Part shown: positions 54,669 to 64,000 of the stretch, piece after piece
How the letters are laid out: every line of letters starts with the position of its first letter
How positions within the stretch are numbered: position 1 is the first letter of the stretch
Origin: Octopus vulgaris
Lineage: Eukaryota
Assembly (NCBI GenBank): GCA_951406725.2
Contig: OX597817.1
Location: 127,720,001 to 127,784,000, forward strand
Direction of reading: 5' to 3'
DNA: 64,000 nt
The notes under the pieces: model-generated
The model's database searches: none
The model's input: the letters and a program-made list of their open reading frames with translations, nothing else
Told to the model about the DNA's origin: nothing
Position numbers and translations under genes: made by a program

Positions 54669-55470
54669 CATAATAATAATAATAATAAGGTGAGGGACTG
54701 AAACGAACCAATTGGTTTTCGCGTTAGCTGTTCATCGTTTGAATAACACCGGTTAGTAGACGGTGTCAGGTCTAATAGTTCCTGAGAGAAAAGATTATTT
54801 GTAAGGGGGGTAAGTAGTTCTGGATTATATATATAAGGGAGGTAAGTAGTTCAGGAATTAGAAATGTGAGTGATGTAGAAAGTTAATAGGGTTTAGTGGT
54901 TTAAATTGAAGAGTTAGTGGTGTTCTGTATTGAGTTGTGTGTTCACATTTAGTTGGGGGAGAAATTTGTTGATGGAAAATGACTCTTTATTCAACCTTTG
55001 TTGCATTGTGGTGTTCTGTGAGCATTGGTAAAAGGAAAATATTTGGAAGTTGGGATTACGATTCCTGGCATATCTGTCTATGTGTTCACTCACCTTTAAC
55101 TGTCTGTATTGTGGGTGGTGGTTTTCTCTTTGTGAATGGTGATTCTTTGACGGAGCGAAATTCCTGTTTGTCCAATATAGAGTTTACCGCATCTTATGTA
55201 TATCATGACATACATTACATTTGCCGAGGCGCAGGTGAAATTTGATTTGATCTTAAATATTTCTCCTTGTTTGAATTGGAATTCTGAACCCTCCAGAAGG
55301 TGGGGGCATGTTCCACAGTTAGAATGTCCACATTTTGTCACTTTTGGTTCAGTAGTTAGTGGGTAAAATCTAGCGCTGGTTAGTATTCTTTTCAGTGACT
55401 TCGGTTTCTTTTTGCTTTTTATAATTTTATATGAGCTTAAAACTTCGTTCCTTGTTTTGTCTGCTGTGAG
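54477..55470 (-). mobile_element. Penelope-like element (Neptune-type Cys-rich linker + GIY-YIG) 3' fragment with terminal repeat
   Basis: [11 protein letters not shown]...[13 protein letters not shown]...[35 protein letters not shown]; downstream hammerhead-like motif; both ends in (TA)n. Confidence 0.85.
54701..54740 (-). ncRNA. Minimal hammerhead-like motif with TGAACA (C8) core
   Basis: Minus strand aaac-GATGAACA-GC-taac-GC-GAA-AACCAATTGGTT (palindrome)-C-gttt, located 3' of the GIY-YIG ORF. Confidence 0.5.
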
Positions 55471-55478
55471 GATATATA

Positions 55479-55528
<50 letters not shown>

Positions 55529-55596
55529 CATACGTACACACACATATACATACACGCATATATATTTATATATATACACACACATATATGTATGTA

Positions 55597-55638
<42 letters not shown>

Positions 55639-55649
55639 CACTAAGTTTT

Positions 55650-56404
55650 ACCGTTCTAGTTCACTTTCATTGCTTACATCAGTGCTTGGAAGGAAGGTAT
55701 GTTGCGTGTGAACGTTGCATTGATCATGAGAGAAAAACTTAAGTTGACAATCTGCATCAAATTTTGCCAAAAGCTTGGTGATACCTGCTCAGAAGCCTAA
55801 TCAAAGTTTTCAAAAAGTGTTCATCGTTCTCGACACAATCAAGATCTTGTGCGACTAAATCCGGAATGTCATTTTGGTCAACTGAACGCAGTTGTTGCAC
55901 AAACTTGGCAGACACGCGTCTCATACCCAGATCTTCAGTGATGATGGGCTGAACTGATCCATAACTAATCTTCACATCCTCTGATGACTCATGGATGGTG
56001 ATTTGAAGATTACCCATTATAGCTGCATGCACATCTGCGATGTTTTTCTCAGCTCTGCTGATTGCGTGTCTCAGAATGTTCGTCAATATCTACATTTTTC
56101 CGGGCATCTTGGAAACTTCTGAACCACTCGTACACTTGTGAGGAGCTCATACACTCCTCTCTACCCACTTTCTGCAACTTTGCGTAGGTTTCTGGGCAGG
56201 TATCGCGATGACAACTTTCTCTGTCATAGTCAATGCGACGATTACACACCTTCCTTCGAAGCACTACTGTAAAAAAGCGGAAGTAAGCTGGTTCGTTACA
56301 ACTTTGTGAGCATGCACAAAAGTGTCCACGGTCATTCTATGCTAAGCGTGCTTTAGCTGCGTTACTATAGCAACGGTCCGGGTACTTATTGATCAGACCT
56401 CGTA
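55650..56404 (-). mobile_element. Mariner transposon remnant: left end + N-terminal transposase (55800-56402, minus) joined to an opposed second left-end piece (55650-55799, plus)
   Basis: TIR (rc) TACGAGGTCTGATCAATAAGTACC; SQVYEWFRSFQD, ISYGSVQPIITEDLGMRRVSAKFV; plus strand MREKLKLTICIKFCQKLGDTCSEA. Confidence 0.82.
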
Positions 56405-56464
56405 TGAATATATATACATATATATTATACCAAATATATATATATATATATACATACCAATACA

Positions 56465-56700
56465 TTTCGTATATTTTCATTTGTCTTGCTTATTTTTAGT
56501 GCTTTGGTTCGTGCTGGGTTTTTATTTGAGTACATATTCTTTGTGGAAAATAGCGATTTGACGTCTATATCTAGCATGTTGACCGTCCACTTTTAGTGGT
56601 TAGTCCTTTAAATTTTGTATGTACAAATATTTTAATCTTCGGATTTTTTTAATATGATAGGCCACTGATTTTAATTGATTAATATCAATTTCTATCCTTA
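56465..56700 (-). repeat. Unclassified repeat, same family as 19135-19375
   Basis: See 19135-19375; flanked by (TA)n. Confidence 0.55.
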
Positions 56701-56703
56701 TTA

Positions 56704-56785
<82 letters not shown>

Positions 56786-56787
<2 letters not shown>

Positions 56788-57080
56788 AGGCGCAATGGCC
56801 CAGTGGTTAGGGCAGCGGACTCGCGGTCGTAGGATTGCGGTTTCGATTCCCAGGGCGTTGTGAGTGTTTATTGAGCGTAAACACCTAAAGCTCCACGAGG
56901 CTCCTGCAGGGGGTGGTGGCGATCCCTGCTGTACTCTTTCGCCACAACTTTCTCTCACTCTTTCTTCTGTTGGCTTGCTCGCTTAGCCAGCGGGGTGGCG
57001 TCATTTGAAGGCTAAAGCAATGCGAAGCGCATTGTGACCAGCGATGTGTAGCAACATCTGATTTCCTGGTGATCACGGTG
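56786..57080 (+). mobile_element. tRNA(Arg)-like SINE family C, apparently full length
   Basis: GGAGGCGCAATGGCCCAGTGGTTAGGGC (A box) ... GGTTTCGATTCCC (B box); CpG-rich body; sits between (TG)n and (TA)n. Confidence 0.8.
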
Positions 57081-57399
57081 ATATATATATATATATATAT
57101 ATAAGAGTGTTGTAGTTCGGTTGAAGCATTGTAATATCGAAGATATGTGTGTGTGTGTTTGGGGAGGTACGCAAGAAAATTAAGGCACAAAAGATGAGTT
57201 TAACTATATATTTTATTAATATTTAGCAGAGGCAACAGACTAACATACGGGCCGAGATTTTCGTGTGTATGATAAGTTTGATCACCAACGCACAAAACTC
57301 TTAGCCTTTGTGTCACTGTCGCTTCTTTAAAATACAAATATATGTTTTACCATTTCCTTTAATGTCCGTTTAAGACGCTGGCATATATATATATATACC

Positions 57400-57751
57400 T
57401 ACGGTGGGAATGGATTTTTATACGGCACAGTTTTTACAATCCTGTAAATAATAATAATGGTATTATGATATAAGATTAAAGCTTATGGCGATCACCGTGC
57501 ATTGACTAAGGAAAATAGTCTCATAAAAGGGAGTCGAACCCACATCCCTTTGTTAACGGGACTAACTGTGTTACCTTTACACCAGCGAATCAGCCCACAT
57601 TTTCCTGTCAAATTTAAGAACTATAATAGTTCGTGTTTGTTTCTTTATATGTAAACAAACTTTCTGTATGCTTTCGGTGCAAATGATTTTTTATACAGCG
57701 CCGTTTTTACAATCATGTAAATAATAATAATGGTTAGGGTTAGGGTTAGGG
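57400..57751. mobile_element. Unclassified element with ~60-bp direct repeats, an internal antisense tRNA-like segment and (TTAGGG)3
   Basis: Repeats 57402-57461 / 57675-57734; minus-strand CTGGTGTAAAGG ... GGGTTCGACTCCC (57529-57596); TTAGGG x3 at 57734-57751. Confidence 0.55.
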
Positions 57752-57769
57752 TGCAGTGGCCATATGTTA

Positions 57770-58295
57770 GGTGTGATATGGTAGCAGATACTGACTGATA
57801 GCCATGACTAGATTCTCCTGCTTGTGCAGCATGGTGCAGAGTCCTGTTGCCAGATATAGGGTCTTCCAGCAGCCACTGCCTTCTTGAATCAGAGCAGCAC
57901 TACCTTCTCCAGACATTTGATGTAAGCCTCCGTGTTGAGTCTGAGACCGTGTAGGAAGATGAAAGGAGACATAACGTCGCCATGACTATTGATCACTCGA
58001 AACACCATGATGTTTACTGGATGTTTGGTTTTTATCACTCTCGCTACAAGCACTGTCCTAAGATTGACACCTAAACACTCTCAAATATTCGTATTGGAGC
58101 TTCCGGCGCAAATGCCTAGTAGTACAGCATGTCGTTTCCAAAGTTCTGGCAGAGCGAATTGCGTCATGGTACTATTTTTTATTAGACGGTGCCCAACTGA
58201 CTCTACTATACTGTGTATTCGACAAAATCAAAAGCAAACAATGCACATGCATGAAACTAAAAATATAAAATGGCGACAACTTTCCTATCGCACCC

Positions 58296-58299
<4 letters not shown>
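57770..58299 (-). mobile_element. DD37D/maT-like Tc1/mariner deletion derivative with left TIR
   Basis: TIR (rc) TACAGGGTGCGATAGGAAAGTTGTCGCCA; KTKHPVNIMVFRVINSHGDVMSPFIFLHGLRLNTEAYIKCLEKVVL...WQQDSAPC. Confidence 0.85.
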
Positions 58300-58354
<55 letters not shown>

Positions 58355-60172
58355 TAAAAGCAGCAGAAATTTAACAAAAGCTGTTACTCGGAGTTAGACA
58401 GACGGATAGATAGATAGTTAGATAGATATATGTGAGTGTGTGTGTGTGTGTGTGTGTGTTTGCGTGTGTGTGTGTGTTTAGCTGTATGATATGATGAAGG
58501 ACTGCAAAAATCAAGCATGTCTTATTAATTTAATAGTAGCATACTTCGGTTAAATATTCGAAGGCCAGATGTGCTTCCGTTTCTCCATAAGAAACAATAT
58601 AGAATTTATTAGCCATAAGTCATTTTAACATGAAAAAAAGTTAACACTAAATATAATCTTGAAGTTTCGATCCCCAACACTAGCATCACACAAACTTGTT
58701 ATTACGCAACACCAAATACTTAAAACTTTAGAACATAAACATTGGCAACTAAATACAGGATGGTTTATTTTGTCACTCTAATGATTTTGCCAATCTGTTA
58801 GGTGTAAGTTGTGCCTTACCAACAGTGAAAAATCTTGCCATGCGTTTTAATGATCAAACAAGATTTATCAATGAGATATATTATCTTAAAAGTTGACTTT
58901 TAATATCAGCAAGCTGATCGTAGATGCATCGTTACGGTTCAAGCATAAACAGAAGCCATTTAAAAGATTCGTGTTTTAAACTTCAGATGACGTGTTTTTT
59001 TTTTTAATATATCCCTAACTATCTATTCGTGTTAGCACTTACGTGAACATATAAAAAATAGCAAATATATTCAGATATAGGGAGATGAAAGGAGAACAGA
59101 AAGAGAAAAAAGATAAATGAAGGCTATCGGAATATGTGTTGACAGGAACTGCTGCCAAGCAGCAGTAGTGTACTGTCTGTAATGAAAGGTTATAATGTCG
59201 GACCTGAAGACAATCCCAGCTATTGACAGGTTGCATGAAACTGAAACTCTGGAGGAAGTAACGACGCAGTTAACTGATGGTCTGATGGAAATAAGGTTAC
59301 TGGATAATAGCACAGCAGTCTTGAAGTTCACTAACGAGATGCAAAGAAGTGAAACCGAGAAAGAAATAAGGTTGAAAGATTTCAGATTAAGAAAGGTTGC
59401 AATACGGCTCCAAGAAAATGAATGCCAAATCTATGCACGGTTGGATATAACTCAGCAAGTAGGAAATGCTGCAAATAGATTAATAATAAACTCGAGATCA
59501 AACAGAATTGAAATAATCAACAGATGTCGATTATCTCGGGTTTCAAAGAGAAATGCGGAAACAAACTGTAGAGATGGCAATCTGCACGCATACAAAATGT
59601 TAGATACAATGCCAGCGTACCTATGCATGTGAATGTAGTTCTGAAAGCGGAAAACTGAGGGCAGTATTGTGTGTTGTTCTGCAAAATAAAATGAACTGAA
59701 ACAATATATTCTTTAAATATACTATCACAAAAATTCTGCAGAAACTAGATGGTTCCTATCAAATTTACGGAAGTATACTGGCCGCAAGTTATCAGCTGTG
59801 TAAGAACTATCATTAGATTTGAAATGTTTTACATTGCTGTAAAACATTGTATTCTACCATAGCCACAAGTGTATACAGAAGTGTATAACTTAATTCAGAA
59901 TATGAAAATGGCAGAACTAAATACAGCAAAGAATTTTGTTGGTTGCTACACCATTTCTAATGTCCCTAGTTTTCATACAAGAAAATGATACATCAAAAAT
60001 TCTGTTGTACGTAAAATCCTCATTACTTGTAGTATATTTATTTTGAATATTTTTAACATTATACACTTTTATTTTTATTAATCTTAAGAAATATGATAAT
60101 TTTTTCAAAAAACAAAGGTTCTCATTTCCTATATAAATTCTGAAGCACACACTGTCAAACACATACACATTA

Positions 60173-60225
<53 letters not shown>

Positions 60226-63200
60226 GAAATCTCTCGTACTTCATTCTATCATATCCTAGCAGATTCATTTTTACAATTATGAAGATTCATTCTTAGAAGT
60301 GTGGAGGATAATAGTGAGACATTCAGCTTCTAATAATGCCCTTGTGGTGTCATCTTCACATACGTCATGTATTGGGCAGTTTGCAACTGGCACAGTCCAT
60401 TTCTCTCCAGGACCTATCGCCACCGATTTCTTCTACTGAAAATGTTACAATGAGACTGAGAGAGAGATTAACAGGTAGGCAGACAGACAGAGACCGAGAC
60501 AGAGACAGAGACCGAGTGTGAACGAGAAAGAACATTTGATTACTATACAGAAGCGTGCTTTATTTATCGACATAGAAAATATAAGATGCAAAGTAGATCC
60601 TGGAAGGATCCAAGCGTAGAGCGTAGAGATCCAGGTTGAACAACGTAAGGCATTGTATCCCGAACTCTTACCATACCAACGACCATTTTATATATGTAAA
60701 TTAGTATTATGTGGGTATGCATACGTGTATGCCTAAGGTCACTCTTACTGCTTCTGGTAACATGTAATCTTGTACAATCTATTGCATGATCGGGCAGAGC
60801 GACTAAAATGGCTGTCCTTAGAAACCCGCTTGTGTGTGTGTGTGTGATCGAATGAATGAAAAGAAGGTGTTCAAATTTGCTGTAGTATATTGTGGTATAT
60901 TGAAATTGAATTTTATCTTACAGACCTGTTATCACCTTGATTCGCGGGGCTTTCTACTATCGCTCCTTATAAAAATCATTAAGCCTTAATCAATTTCTCA
61001 TAAAAGATGGTTATGTAATCATTCTTATTTATTTATCTTATATCACGTTCAACAATCACAAATGTGATATGGGTAAGTCTTTGCATTAAGATTGGGTACA
61101 ATGAGTCAAGGAATATTTTTGTTCGAAAACATCGGTCTATTGTATTTCTCCCCCGAAATATATAAGCTACATACGTTAAAACTCTCTCCCTCGCTCTCTG
61201 CAGTCTTTCTGTAGATATATGTGTATGAGTGTAGACAAGTACAAACCCCTACGCGCACGTACACACCCATTTTGAAAACAACGGTAGGCTAGCCCGCAAG
61301 GAGTAACTGAATGAACCATCGGGCGAATTTTAAAATACATTTGACTCTACAGTCAATATTAATTCCATTCCTTCAGTAAAGTTTCCGATGTTATTCTTAA
61401 ACATTCATTAATAACCTTAATTTTACAGCACACGAGCGCGTGCTCACCCATACAGCCGCATGCATGTATTTAACATAATTGCCTTAATTTTAAGATCAAC
61501 AAGATAATTCAACCAATATGTAGTCAATACATTTAAATATAGTCAAAACATTTAATACAGTTAAATATGTTATTTATATGAAAACGTCCAACACTTGTTC
61601 TAATGTATAGAAACTGAGATTTTTTTGTGTGTATTTTTTCCTTTGGCTGAAGCACTTGTTACTAATGTTGGTATTTTGCATAAATGTTGTGCTTGTGTAT
61701 GAATGTATGCATATATGAATAGATATGATGAGATACAGAAAGAGAAGTTGGTGTGTAAATAGAAAGAATGAGTGTAAGAGTAAATATGAGAGAAAAACTG
61801 CTTGTGTTTATTTGTGTATTAACCGAGCGTGATAGTTCTTCGACACATTTGTAAATATTATTTTAAGCAGTGCGTATGACATGAAATTGAGAGATAGAAA
61901 GAAGTAAAACGAGAAAACGGCTGAGAAGATGTGAGCATGAATATGTTTAACGTGTATATGTGTGACAACATTGACAGAAGTAAAAGATAAATGTAACTAG
62001 AACTTTGCCGGTTTCTCTCATGAGCGTCCACATCAACAGAACTGGTTACTCTTCGCATTGGCTTCTAAGTCGATGGCTACTCAACAGTTTCTTGCTCTCT
62101 AGTCTTAATCACGAGACGAAATCAACGTGGTAGAATGCTTGGCAAGGTTGTTTCATATGATTTTCATTTGACAGATTGCGAAAGAATTTCCTTCCGCCGA
62201 ATTTCACGCAAAACGCTTAGGTAGACTCCAGGTTATGGTGAAAGATATAATGAAGTAGAATCGAACATGCATCTTCCGGATTATTAAAAGGACTTTTGAA
62301 CAATTTTACTGTAAAAGTATAGTTATTATTATTGCACTTAGTCCCTGCTGTAGTTAGAGTTTCTTTACCCATTACACACAAGCACAAGTAATTAGCTGGT
62401 AAGATTATCTCTGAAAGTAAACTATATCAACCCAAGTAGGAAGTTGAATTCGAATCTATCAAACTAATTAAATTCTTTGTTCCAGCTTCACCAATTTCTG
62501 CTATATATACGAGGGTGAGTGCGCGCGCTCGTAAGGGTTTGTATGTGTGTACACTCATACACATATACCTACGGAAATACTACACAGTGCGAGGGAGACG
62601 TTTCAACCTATGTATCTTATACATTTCGGGGAGAAATCCAAAAGACTGATATTTTCGGACAAAAATATTCCTTGACTTCTGTATCCAATCTTATTGGATA
62701 GACTTACACATATCACAGTTATTATTGTTGAATATTTTAGAGTGAAGGTACATTCCATTAGAACGATTCAAGTTCTTCATTGGTACCAAAGGAAGTAAAG
62801 TAGATTTTGCGCGCGGCAGCATTTAAAAAGTCTAATCTTATAAAAAAAAGTATCAAATAAAACATATCAGCATTTTTAAATTCTGTTTTATTCATATATT
62901 TTTTGTTTTGTTTTGTTTTACGATCAGCCACTCTAAAATTCTCAGATATTGAATATCATACAACATGATCGATGTCATTTCAAAATCACTTTCTTAAATA
63001 TTTTAATAGTTAAGCTTAGTAAGGGAAGTTGAATCATAGACTAATCTAAATAAGTATATCCCCGAAATTTGAAAGAAAAAGCAAAAAAAAGCTGTATCAG
63101 AAGAGATGTGAGGAGAAAATCAGCAAAAGAAAATACAACTTGCTAAACTTTTGTTTGATTTCAGACTATTTTATTTATAAATATGCAATATATATCAGTC

Positions 63201-63779
63201 GGTTGTTTGATTTCTTCCGTCCTTCCTTTCTTCTGACAATATTTTCTTAGTCTCTTTTCTTCTGTTTATTTTTTTTCTTGCCATTTCATGACATTCACGT
63301 CCACCCGATATATACGTTAGAGGATATCTAGGTATGTTGATAATTAACAAGCGCACTTCATCTTACACACACACATATATATATATATATGTATATACAT
63401 ACATACATATATATATATATACACACATATATACATGTATGGATGAGTATTTATATATATTATATACACCCATATGCACACATATACATGCATACACACA
63501 TATGTACAGAAATACATGCATATACACACCGCGCGCCGCACACACACGCACACACGCACATACACATACACCTGTATACATACATTATATAAAAATAAAT
63601 GTAAATGTCATTGTTACCTTAACAAACAAGAGCAAACAGAACATATCGGTGATCAGTCAATCAAATATTCGACAGTTGGCAAGGGCTTCTGTTTCTATGT
63701 TTTGTTTGTATATCTTGTTTATTGGTCCATAACAACACACATGTTTCTATTTCCAAAATAGAATTATTGCTGACATCAG

Positions 63780-63945
63780 TGCAAGGCGATATATTTAGGT
63801 GAACATAAAGTCGATTATATCAATCACCTGTACTTGGACAAAGGCGAAGTTGAGCCCGGGGGGATTTGAACTCAGAACGTAAATGGCTTAAAGCCTATTT
63901 TCAACAAGGTCATGATTTTGTCAATTCGTCGTCGCAGCAGCAATT
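63780..63945 (-). mobile_element. SINE family B-related, diverged
   Basis: aaaggcgaagttga...ggatttgaactcagaacgtaaa is the reverse complement of the family B B-box region. Confidence 0.6.
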
Positions 63946-64000
63946 GCGGTGATAAAAACAATTGTTTCTAATTTAGGCTCATAGCCAGAAATTTTTGGTG

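Noticed and set aside
56786-56860. Possible genuine tRNA gene
   Set aside because: A and B boxes are present but acceptor and anticodon stems do not close and a SINE body follows; the same holds for family A/B heads and 57529-57596.
57734-57751. Telomere or chromosome-fusion site
   Set aside because: Only three units, and they are part of a small repeat element.

Overview
AT-rich, microsatellite-dense eukaryotic DNA with no recognisable host protein-coding exon. The tRNA-derived SINEs and (TA)n/(GATA)n/(TAA)n arrays resemble an octopus/cephalopod genome (inference). Most six-frame ORFs are microsatellite artefacts. The real content is mobile DNA: four R4/Dong-type RLE LINE pieces, two of them embedded in (TAA)n; a Tx1/L1-type LINE embedded in (GATA)n; CR1-like scraps; two Penelope-like (PLE) GIY-YIG fragments and several solo PLE termini; pogo, mariner and DD37D-type remnants; and at least three SINE families. 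The most unusual locus is 27525-29056, a foldback with two 142-bp inverted arms. Each arm holds a minimal hammerhead-ribozyme fold in which the conserved C3-G8 core pair is swapped to G3-C8, and the arms enclose a 223-bp inverted copy of DNA from about 0.9 kb upstream, joined by 3-nt microhomologies. Other non-canonical minimal hammerhead folds occur at other PLE-like termini. All calls were made by eye; no searches or folding programs were run.
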